Origin: Octopus bimaculoides
Lineage: Eukaryota
DNA: 64,000 nt
Direction of reading: 5' to 3'
NCBI RefSeq assembly: GCF_001194135.2
Contig: NC_068982.1
Coordinates: 122,788,007-122,852,006 of the forward strand
In this document: positions 49,581-61,489 of the stretch, one piece after another
How positions within the stretch are numbered: position 1 is the first letter of the stretch
How the letters are laid out: each line of letters starts with the position of its first letter
Program-made: the position numbers and the translations under genes
Notes under the pieces: model-generated
The model's input: the letters and a program-made list of their open reading frames with translations, nothing else
Told to the model about the DNA's origin: nothing
Database searches by the model: none

Positions 49581-52500
49581 AGAAATATAAATTACTATAG
49601 CTTGAGTCAATTAATGAAGCAATAACTCATTGGAATGGCTCATTTGCAGAACCAAACAATCTCAAGAAAAGCATGTTATGGCATTCTAATGTTCTGGATT
49701 TTAAAGTACCATGATTATTAAAAAATTACTACTAAGATAATCTTTAAATGCAAGGTCTTAATTTCAGAATTTGCTCTTATTTGTATAACTCATTATTTTA
49801 TTTGCTTCTGTTAGTTACTGTTTTTTTTTTTTTTTGCAGTAAAGTATGTGTTATCATTCTCGAGTGTTATCATTATCAACTGCATAATTAGTATTAAGAA
49901 AGACATTTACATCTCACATTTACATTTGTGATTAGATATCTAATTTGTGTAACTTTACCATTTATAAGAATTTTCAAAACAAAAGACATAGCTGTAAAGA
50001 AAACTGGAAGATATGAGGTATATAAGCTAATGTGGTCACTTTCCTCTTGGACTTGTAGTTCTGCTGGCAACAGTGGTCAACTATAGTTTAATCTATATGT
50101 GTGTATATATATATNNNNNNNNNNNNNNNNNNNNNNNNNNNNNNNNNNNNNNNNNNNNNNNNNNNNNNNNNNNNNNNNNNNNNNNNNNNNNATATCGGAG
50201 CAAGAAAATTAAAATGTGTTTAGCTTTCTGATTTAGTTTAGTTCACAAAATTTGATCATTGGTATTATTGATATTAACAGCTGATATATATATATATAGT
50301 TCTCTCTCCCTCTCTCTCTCTTTATCTCATCTCTCTGAATATATAGTCATCTAGGAATCTATAAGTAAGAAGAAAATGCACTCATATTTGTCAATAGAAT
50401 GAAAATATGAAATCAAAATATACAGATTATAGATCCATTTCAGGTATGCCTGCCATCACTGAAGAGCACATGGTTTTAGTTAACTGCAGTGCTATCTAAC
50501 ACCTGGTTATCTAATATCCAGTGCAAAACTAATAGGTAAGATTGGCTGAAATGGATCTATAATCTTGTATATATTGATCTGATGTATATATACATACACA
50601 TACATTTATATATGTATGTATGTGTGTGTAGAGAGAGAGAGAGAGAGAGACCTAAGTTACATTAGCTGTTAATATTTTGAAATAAAAGCATTAAAATATT
50701 AATCATATTTAACTTAAGTCAAACCTTTTAAGTCACAAATAAGCCATGTTTGACCTTTCTTCAAAACAATGGTCATTTCCACTCATACAAGTATTGTATT
50801 AATGTGCCAAAATTAAGAAATATTTGTGTAAAAAGTTTATATTAAACAAAATTAAAATTAAGCTTTAAATACGACTAGTACAAAGTTATTTAAAATAGCA
50901 ACTGAACATTTAAATTAATCTAGCAATAATTCAGCTCAGAAACATAAACATGGAATTTGCCTATCATACTACTTCTTGGAATTAATATGATAAGAACATT
51001 ATTGAAAATACATATAATGCTCAATATTCATTCTGAAAAGATTTTTCATTGTTGGCTACTATGGTGGTGGAAACAGAAATGGTACTAAATACTACATCCC
51101 TGATGCTTATAGAAATTATTTCAGTATAGTATGTCTAGTTTCAAATAATTTTATGACTATATTCTTATCTAAGCATATACAAATATGAATGTGCATACAT
51201 ATGTATGAGTATTTTGATATGACTATATATGTGTGTGTATTTATTTACACATATATATATTTATATGGATGTGTGTGTCTCTCTATTTGCATATAAATAT
51301 ATTTATAGGGATGTGTGTATGTAATATTAATGTGTGCGAGTATATGTATGTGTGTATATGTATGTATATATGCATGTACTTATAGATAGATATGTAGGAG
51401 TTACAATTAAACATAAAGTCATTTGTATGACACCTTTAATTAATTAATATATATATGTTATTATTAAGGGCTAAAATTGAAATTACATTTTAGTCTGCCA
51501 ATTAACATCATACATGTAAAAACATGAGAACTACGATAAAGCAAACCAAGTTTTCAAAATATGAGTCCTTGGTCCTCTATAGCTTAAATGTACAGTTTGT
51601 TTGATAGGTTTTCAAATGAAGATGTAATGGGATGCTAGAAATTCAATATGAGATCATCTGAATGTAAATGTTTTCTGTACATATTAATAATTATAAGTAT
51701 GTGCCCCATTGGAAAGGCAGCATTTAAATTAGTTTTATATTTATAAAACTTCACTGACATATGGGACATGTATGTTTGTTATATGTATGTTAATTTTGTC
51801 TTTTTTTTAGTATGTATGTAGGCATGTGTGTGTGAAAGTGTGCATTTATTATGCATACATTGTATGTGTGTCAGCTAGTATGCTTGTAATTATTAATGAA
51901 ATACTTACAAATAGATAGATTAGTGGCTGACTTTTACCTGGTAATTTCAAAAATAAAATTGTTTATTTTTTCAAGTGAAGGCAGTTACCTGCAATTTCTC
52001 ACAGATTTTAATTATGGTAGGTTACCTGTTAAAACTTTGTTGCCGACCTACGTTAGGGCTGATGTGATTCACACCCAGTTTATTAATCCTTGTATTATTA
52101 TTATTATTATTTTTTTTTTGCATCCATGTTCCATTATTCCTGAGCCAACCATGCTAAAGCCAAGCACGCATGTCTCCGTCCTCACACATGATACTCTCAT
52201 GTGTTCACAACCATTTCACACCATCTAATATCATCCAATTACTCACTGCCACTCCAACACTGACCTCATTGTTGTCACAACTTTTTTCATTGCTGCATGC
52301 TGATGTATGCATTATATCTCTCTATCCAGCTATATCTTTATATATGCAAAAAATCTTTCACATACACACACATACTCTCCCCATCTTTTTTCTCTATTAT
52401 TTCTCCCCTCCTCTGTGCGTGTGCACAAGGTATTTGTTTCTAAAGTGTAATCTTGATAATATAACCCGTCCAATTCAATTATCAATGTTGGTCCTGGCAC

Positions 52501-53572
52501 ATGTACATTAACACTCACACCTGTTTTTACCTTTCCAGTTTGTTTCCCAAAATGCAAGCTTTGATATGTTTGCAACCCAACAGTCTGTTTAATTATCTTG
52601 CTCTCTCCATTTCTTTACTACAGAAGCAAGGGACTACATGAAACGTTGTTTTAGAAACAACAATAACAAGTACAACAAATTGTTTATTCAGCATCATTAT
52701 TTTGAGATTGGATCAACTCTTTTTACAGAGGAATTTTTTCATCTTTTTTTTTTTTTTTTTTTATTGCATTAATTACTTCTATTTCGTATACTAAATGATT
52801 TCAGATATGTTGCATCTGTAGAAAAATATCTTAAATTCAATGTAATAGTTTCATTAGTTTTCTCATATTTGTATTGTACTAATTTCTGTACACCCAGTAT
52901 AAACTAAACTCTCTAAAAACTGACTCTGATTTTTAATTCTAACCATAGCTCTCTCACTTCTTTTATACCATTAATATCCTTGAGAAAACACAACTTACAT
53001 TTTATTCTTCCCTGAAATAAGTAAGGTTTTCTCACCCATTGATGGATACTCCTAGTAACTCTGTTTATCATACTAATCTATGAAGTAAATAGATTAGTAT
53101 TTAGCTTTATCCTTACTAAATGCATATTTCATTAACTGCATGTGTACAATAATTTTCTAGATTTAGTGAGTTTCTTGAAAAACATCAAACAATTCTTCAA
53201 AGAAACTTTGTTCATATTTTGGTTGTTTTATTTATTAATCTTATTTATTTTTTTTATTTACCTATTTACTTTTTATTTATTTATTCAATTTCTAATTTCA
53301 TCGCAACAATTTTTAGTTTTCTTAGATAACAATTTTTTAATTTCTTTTTATGTATTTAGCTTAAGATTATTTTATTTATTTCTATATGTTGATTGAATTA
53401 TTGTTCCTTATACACAAAATAAAATTTGTTTGTAAGATTCTCTTATTAAATTCCATAGATCTCTATAGTCATTTTCCTCTAGTCCTCAAATTTAGATGGA
53501 TGTTAAATTATACCATTAAGTAGCATGCATACAGACATTAACATATAAATATATATATGTATATACATATAT

Positions 53573-53629
<57 letters not shown>

Positions 53630-54126
53630 TTTATTTTCAGTATCAATTATCAAGCATTAGGCTTTAAATTTATAGCTGAAGCATGTCTTTTTTATTTAAA
53701 AATAACTTTATATTTTTCTTACTATATATTTATATGAAAATTTGATATACTTTTTATATATCCTACTATCATTATTCTGCACTATCAGAATACAGAATCA
53801 TACACACACACACACACACACACATGTATGTATATAAGTATTTGAGTGTATGTGTGTGTATATATGTGTGTGTGATTGTATTTTAATCATTGTCAAATAA
53901 TTTTAGTTAGATGAAGATTGTTTGTGTAAGGGTATATATATATATATAGTATTAAGAATATAAATGCCACCTAATACTAAGAAAAATTATACAACATATC
54001 TCATGTTCTTTCTCTATTCTTTTTTGCTGAAATATGTACTCATTGTGTTTGTGTATGTATATGTGCATGTATGCATATGTATGTAAAAAAGTAAGATCAT
54101 GTGTGTGTGTATTTGTTTTTATGGCT

Positions 54127-54165
<39 letters not shown>

Positions 54166-56211
54166 ATTAACATTAATCTGAAGAATTATTCAATATTTTT
54201 TTAGTAGAGTACATGTATTTTAAACTTTTACAAGAAAAAGGATGACAGTAACTTTGAAGTTTCAGCCTACTGATCTTCATCAGGCTTGATAACAAACCAA
54301 GACTTTTAAGTCATTGTCACCCATCTACTTGTAAAAGTTAATAAATATATTCTTAGTCTTTTGATAGCTGCCATGACAGATGGACCTTGTGATTTGGAAA
54401 TAGTTCAGTTTTTTTTAACCTTGATTAGGAACTAAAATAATTATTCTGTATGTGTGTGCATCTGTATGCATGTGTGTGTATGTGTGTGTGAACGACTCAT
54501 GGCCAGGTGGTTAGGGTGTTGCACTCATGATTGCAAGGTTGTGATTTCATTTCCTGGACCAGGTGGTGCATTGTGTTCTTGAGCAAAACACTTTATCTCA
54601 TATTGCTCTATGATCACTTCGACAACTGATATGTGGTACACCATGCACCTGTTCAGGCAATGTCAATTGGATGAAGGGAGTGTCAACTGGATATGTACAA
54701 CACATACATTTGATCACTCTATGCAAATCATTTTTGCAGGTTGTTCAGCAAAACATTGCTGAACTGTCTTTCTTGGACTACAAAAGACTAACATCATGCT
54801 CTGAAGAGTACATGATAAAATTGTAATTGTTTTATTTTGACAAGTCATTTTGTGTGTATATTGATGTTTGTTCATAATTAAGCATTTTACGTATTACACA
54901 TTTGTTTAAAATTTTCTGGGGTTTTTTTTCTCTTTTGTTTATTTCTTTAGTTTCAGTTTCTACTTCCTTATTCTATGTCTTCCTTATTTTGATTAGTATT
55001 TGTCTTTTTGAAATCAATTTTCACCATTTAACTTTAGTGAGTTTTATATTGTATGTGTCTACGTGCATGTGTCCACACACGTGTACACACACACTCACAC
55101 ACATTCACATGCACATTCACACACACATACACACACATATATTATTCATAAATGTATGGTAAACTTACAACGTATATCTTTTTCTTTTATATCTTTCTTT
55201 TTCTGCACCATACCCTGTCCCTGGCTTGTTTAAAGTCATCCCCTCCTTTTTTAAGTCATCTTCTTTGTTTTAAGTCATCCCCTCGTTTTTCTTTATTCTC
55301 CTACACTATCTTTATTACTCCTTCAGATTCCCTCTCAAAAATATAATGAAAGTATTATTTTCTCTCTCTCTCTCTCTCTCTCTCGCTCCCTCTCTCTCTC
55401 TCGCTCCCTCTCTCTGTCTCTCTCTCCAACACACACAATGTATTTTGTACTCTGGGGAGGTCTTATTGTATATAAACACACACACTGTAGTTCATTGTTA
55501 ACCAATTTGTCATAATCTTTCCGTGGCACTACAGTAGTGACCTTTCTAATTATTTCAAATCCTCCAACAGGTTTTTTTGTGTATTTTATTTTGTCATATG
55601 TCATCTATATGTTAAACATATGTGTGCGTTGTTATGTGACTGTTTTGTTTTCATTAATTGTTTATATTTTTCATTTACTTTTCTTTTTGTCTGTGGCCAC
55701 ACAAAAATGTGTGTGTGTGTGTGTGTGGTCTGTGTGCTTTTGTTGATGTATCTGTAGTTTGTACAGTTTTTTTAGATTGGTTAGAGAAGTTGACTTTATC
55801 TGACTTTATTTTTATTTTATCCTCATTCTTATATTACTGTGGCTGTGGTGGTGGAGCTTGTCACACTGTTGCTACTTCACTCATTCTTTGTATTGAGTAC
55901 ATATGTATTTGCTTCCATATGCATATGGCTTCTGTTAACTGTTGGAACATCTGATCTTTTAGATGTGTAGTAAATTTTTTTTATTTTAGTGTTGTTTATT
56001 GAGTTATAGTGTTTCCTGAGCTATAATGCTTATTGAGCTATAGTGTACAGCTTGTTTGTAGAGTGCAATTATTTGTTTCTTTTCATTGTATTCATGCCAG
56101 TATGCTCTAATCCTTTCCCTTATACTGAGGCTGTTTATTGTATGCAGAAATGCAATGATTCAATATGTACTCACAAGTGAACATGTACACACGCACGCAC
56201 GTGCACAGACA

Positions 56212-56252
<41 letters not shown>

Positions 56253-56289
56253 TCATATATATAGTGTCACAGAGTGAAAGGCAGATTGT

Positions 56290-56935
56290 ATGATGCCTGT
56301 GTACATACAGCTATGTTACATGACAGTGAAACATGGGCTTTGACTGCAGAAGACTTGAAAGAAATGAAGCCAGCATGCTCCACTGGATGGGTAATATCAG
56401 TGTGTATGCACGACAGAGAGTAAATGATTAAAGAGGAAAACTGGGTATAAGAGGCATCAGATGTTGTGTGCAAGAGAGAAGACTGTGCTAGTTTGGTCAT
56501 GTGGACAGCTGCATAAAGAAATGCAGAACTCTAATTGTTGAAGGGGTAGACTCAAGTAGACCCAGGATCGAAGTGGTGAGAAAGGATCTTTGGACACTGG
56601 GCCTCACTGAGGAAATAACAAGGGACTGGTAGATGTGGTGATTTGCTGTACTTGATAAGTCACATCAAGCTAAGTAAAATCGCTGTCTTCTACACATACA
56701 GGCTTCTCCTTTTAGGTGCCAGTGCCACTTAAAAAGCACCTGTGCTGGTGTTGCATTAATGCACCTGTATCAGTATTGCATAAATGCACCCATGCCAGTG
56801 GCATGTAAAAAGCACCCAGCATACTGTTAAGTGGTTGGCATTAGGAAGGGTACCCAGCTGTAGAAACCATGCCTCAACAGACAGCTGGAGTCTGGACAGC
56901 TCTCTGCTAGCCAACTCCATGTCAAACCGTCCAAC
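56290..56935 (+). mobile_element. RTE LINE 3' end: ORF tail (56290-56690) running into its 3' UTR
   Basis: DACVHTAMLHDSETWALTAEDL..RNEASMLHWM..ERRL..FGHV..VVRKDL, directly followed by the ttggcattaggaagggtacccagctgtagaaac block seen in the (GAT)n repeats. Confidence 0.75.
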
Positions 56936-57345
56936 CCCTACTCACAAGGCTTTGGTCAACCCAGGACTATAGTAGAAGTTGCTAGTAAAGTGAAGAAATA
57001 TATGTATATGAAGATTACTTGTATCTCAGACCTAATTTATGTAGTTGTTAATTAATGTTATTCAATGGAATTCTTATCTTTAAAAAAATAGATTCCAGGT
57101 TGCCCAAATTAAATGAATATTAGCATACACTCTTGAAAAGTAGCATAATCCACTTTTTATAGCCCAGTTTGGCAGTCCTTCATGTAAAGTGAATCAGAAA
57201 CTGTTTAACTGAACTGTCTTGTCAAGGGTTTGTATCTGTTTCCATTGTCGGTGTGTATGAATGCACATATGTTTGTGTGTGAGACAGTACCTTTTGTGTA
57301 ACAGATATACCAGTTACTAGGTAGCATTTCAATACATCTAACATA

Positions 57346-57593
57346 CAGGGGTGGCCAAAGTCACCCGACAGTAAATCAAAATTCCATAAATATGTGATAT
57401 TCAATTTTATTTATTCATTTCAATTATGAATGTTTAATAATTGAATGCTGTGAGTTAAAATCACTTTTTTTTTTGTTTTATTTTTTCAACATTTGTCTAT
57501 TTATTAGCGAAGTCTCGTATAAAATATTTTTTTGTTTTAATCTTGGAATTAAATGGGTTTGGATTTACTGTCAGGTGACTTTTGGCCAACTCT
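57346..57593. mobile_element. Tc1/mariner-type MITE (248 bp)
   Basis: 32-bp TIRs CAGGGGTGGCCAAAGTCACCCGACAGTAAATC and its reverse complement (3 mismatches), flanked by TA on both sides. Confidence 0.87.
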
Positions 57594-58784
57594 GTATAGT
57601 CTTCCATCATTAACACACACACATTAACTATCTACAGGCAGTACTAATTCATTATCTTTTTCCTACATTACACACATACACACAAAACATTCACACACAC
57701 ACACGCACACTGAAAATATACACACACACACATGCACAAAAAGACACACATGTTGCTCTAGTCCACTCAGCTGGCAAAAATGAGTTGTACCTGTACTCCC
57801 AAACAACATCCATATACTGATTGTTTGATGGAAGAAGATATATATTTATAACATATGCACTCACATAGTTTGTGCAAGCGTAAATTAGCAGAGGTGTTCA
57901 ACCCACACTGAAAAGGAACTAAATAAATATTTTAATTAAAAAGTGCCATATGAGATGTAATTATATTAATGAACTTTATTTTCATAGGTAGTTTTCTACA
58001 AGTAAAAACTTGTATATGTTTACTCATCCAACAAAACCCTTCTAGTCATGTTAAACACCTGATCAAATTGAAACAAACAAAAAAGGTCATAGCTAACCAA
58101 TGACAACCTTTTGTTTACTTTTCTTTCTGACATGTATGTATATTTACATACACACACTTCTGTTTTCTTTTATAAACATATAAAACTAATTTGGTCTTAT
58201 TCACTAGCTCACCTTTGTCATAAAAGCAGCAAATAGCTCTGTGTAAATAATTTAGCTTTCTCATTGTGAAAATTATTTGTTTTACAACTAAAACTACATT
58301 ATCTTAATTCTGACAGTCTCAGACTGAATAAACCTAAGATTTTACTGAAGATAGTATTGAAGAAAATTTGTCTGATACTAATTACAAAACTGAAGATGAA
58401 GAAAACAGAAGCCTCAAAACTGTAAGAAAGTATTAAAGAAACTAGAGTATTTGATGCTTTAAGTAATGTTGGTGAATAAAAAACCAGTCTTATTTCAATT
58501 TGATAGTTCCAGTCATAATCTTACTAGAAGCTACAAAATCATTGAAATATTTTTTCAAATTCACTCCTCTGACAGTTTTTGACGCAATTTGTTGTGTGGA
58601 ACTATTAAAATGGATTAAATGTTTGGATGCAAACATTTGAAAATGAAATCGATACAAATGTTTGTTAGCATTTAATATCTTTATGGGAGTGCAGCAACTG
58701 CCAAGAAGATTATTGGGGTTCATAAAAATAAACTGGTAATACTTTCATTGCCAGTCAAATCAGTAGAAATTGCTTCATATTCTT

Positions 58785-58826
<42 letters not shown>

Positions 58827-59380
58827 GTTTAACGTCCGCTTTCCATGCTAGCATGGGTTGGACGATTTGACTGAGGACTGGTGAAACCGGATGGCAACAC
58901 CAGGCTCCAGTCTGATTTGGCAGAGTTTCTACAGCTGGATGCCCTTCCTAACGCCAACCACTCAGAGAGTGTAGTAATGAATGTAATTTCATCTTAGAGA
59001 CACTACTATGCTCCAAAGAAAAAAATTATTATGAGCCTTTCTATAAGGTGAAACCTCAATTGTAGAGAATCATCATCATCATCATCATCATCATTTAATG
59101 TCTATTTTCCATGCTGGCATGGGTTGGATGGTTTGACTGAAAACTGGTAAGCTGGGGAGCTGCACCAGGTTCCAATCTGATTTAGCATGGTTTCTACAGC
59201 TGGAAGCCTTTCCTAATGTCAACCACTGCAAGGGTGTAGTGGGTGCTTTTTACATGCCACTGACATGGGTGCCAGTTACGAAACACCAGCATCAGCCATG
59301 ACTACAACCTCACTTGGTTTGACAAGTCTTCTCAAACACAGTATATTGTCAAAGGTTTCAGTAACTTGTCGTTGCCTGTA
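58785..59380 (-). repeat. Two inverted copies of the (GAT)n-tailed repeat (58785-58975 and ~59068-59380)
   Basis: Each starts with (cat)n followed by the family body. Confidence 0.78.
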
Positions 59381-60043
59381 GATACCTACATCCTAGGCCA
59401 GACTAAAATCCTAGCAAATTTTGCTCAGAAACTCAACAAAGTTGAGCGTAAATAGTTACTAAATCTGCTGAACAAGCTTCAAACGCTTTTGTGGCTTCAA
59501 TGTGGAGCTACAATATTGTAGTAGAAAAGTGAAGGTGACAACATAATATTGTTTGGAATTTCTTAATCATGGCATGTTCAGTTAAGATTTCTCTACTTTG
59601 AGTGTTTACTTGGCTCCATTACACTAGCTGAACATCTTTAAGCCTCTGTATACAGCATAGTTATAAGTAGAAGCAGTCTGCTTTTAGAAACTAAAGATGC
59701 TATACAAAAACAATGTAACTTTTTTCTCTTAAGTTATAAAATATTTTACTCCATCTTCTCACCTTATTAAACACAGTTTGTAATTTGCATATCTTTGGAT
59801 GTTTGTTGCAATTTTCAGTCTATTTTATCTCAACCATTCAGATTAGATGATATTCAAATGCACTTAAGGAAAGGATTATTTATAATTAAATTGTTTGTTT
59901 TGTAGAATGTGGTAAGATTTTTTCTATTCTCCAAGACTATAAATAATGTAAATTTCAGTATTTCATTTTTCCATTTGGTTTGCAAGATTCTTGATGTGAA
60001 CTCATGTGTTGAAACAAATTTTGTTGTATTTTGGGAGGGTTAT

Positions 60044-60348
60044 TATGCCAATAATAGATAATATACTGGTTCAGTTTCATTTCTATTATTATTATTCAGT
60101 TGGATACTTACTTAACCAATTAACTAATCAATTGTTTGCTTAATCACTTGGTTTGTCAACCAATCAGTTGTTTGTGAATGTCCTTCTATGACCATCCACA
60201 ACCTCTATAACACTTTGACAAGCAACTGATTAGTTGACTAACCAAGTGACTAAGCAAACAATCGATTGGTTAGTTGGTTTAATAATTAACCAATTGACTA
60301 ATAATAAAGAAGTGGTTTGAACTAGTGCACTTGTTTATTATTGGCATA
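60044..60348. repeat. Long imperfect inverted repeat (foldback / MITE-like)
   Basis: Inner arms ~60112-60178 and ~60215-60281 with 8 mismatches in ~65 bp; outer ends tatgccaataat / attattggcata. Confidence 0.8.
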
Positions 60349-61448
60349 GATACAACAAAATAGCTTTCAGTATTTGTTAATAAGGTTTGTAAGACATGTA
60401 ATTAATTTCATGGCTACTCCAATACAGTTGTTGACAATACTTGTTGATTTTAGAAAACACAACACTTCCAGTGTCGTTTTAATGCATGAGCACTCTGGGC
60501 AGTTACCTTGCAGCCTAACAAGTCTAGGGGTCCATTTCTGATCTATGTACATTGTGGCTGACTGTCAATAAATAAATGCTATAACACCCAGAGCATTGAT
60601 TTGCCTGCGGCCTGTCATGTTAAGGCAGCACTGAACTCTTTTACTACTCAGACCCTGGTCTGTGTAGAAGCTTTGTGTTTTCTTTTCTACTAATGTTCAC
60701 TTTTCTTGCTAATGTTCACTTGTCAATTATATCTCCCTTATGAATTATCTTCTGCTATTCCAACTTTATTTCTGAGCCTCAAACCTAAAGACGGTTTTTT
60801 CTTTCTCAAACATACTTTTTCTTTCAAAATGATCAAGAATCTACCTCTTATCTTATTGATGTGGACTACCACTTTTCCCCTTAAATTCCAATGATTATAT
60901 CTGAATAGCTTTCAATGTCAATGTCACACCAGTGAAGCTATCAGCAATAAGAAGAATAACATATTCTTGATATCAGTTACTCTGATAAAATGGCTTCAAC
61001 TAAACTATATCTGATAACAGGGAAATTTCCCAGTTATGATCTCTATATGAAGAGCATGTAGCTAAGTACAGGCTAACATAATTTCATGAACCAAAAAGAA
61101 TAAATATGCAGGCAACAAGATAAATGGTAAAGAATATTTCTCATCTACTTAGGGCAGTGAGCTGGTAGAATTGTTATCATGCCATAAAAAATGCTTAACA
61201 ACATTTCTTCTGACTTTATGTTCTTTGTTCAAATGCCACAAGGGCCGACTTTGCCTTTCATCCATTTAGTGTCAATAAAATAAGTACCAGTTGAACACTG
61301 GTGTTGATGTGATAGACTTACCCCTTCCCTGAAATTGCTGGCATTGTGACAAAATTTGAAACCAATATCTCCTATCTGTTACAGAGTAGGCATATAGTCA
61401 ACAGATTATACACCAATGTGGTGTATACATGTGTATGTATAATTTTAT

Positions 61449-61489
<41 letters not shown>

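Noticed and set aside
49840-49843. 4-nt microexon TAAA linking w17 to 50444
   Set aside because: From phase 0 it reads TAA (stop), so it cannot extend the frame. Kept only as a possible stop-acceptor.
51896-56277. Several 60-110 aa ORFs downstream of UNC80
   Set aside because: Low-complexity, microsatellite-derived translations with no splice-consistent gene model.
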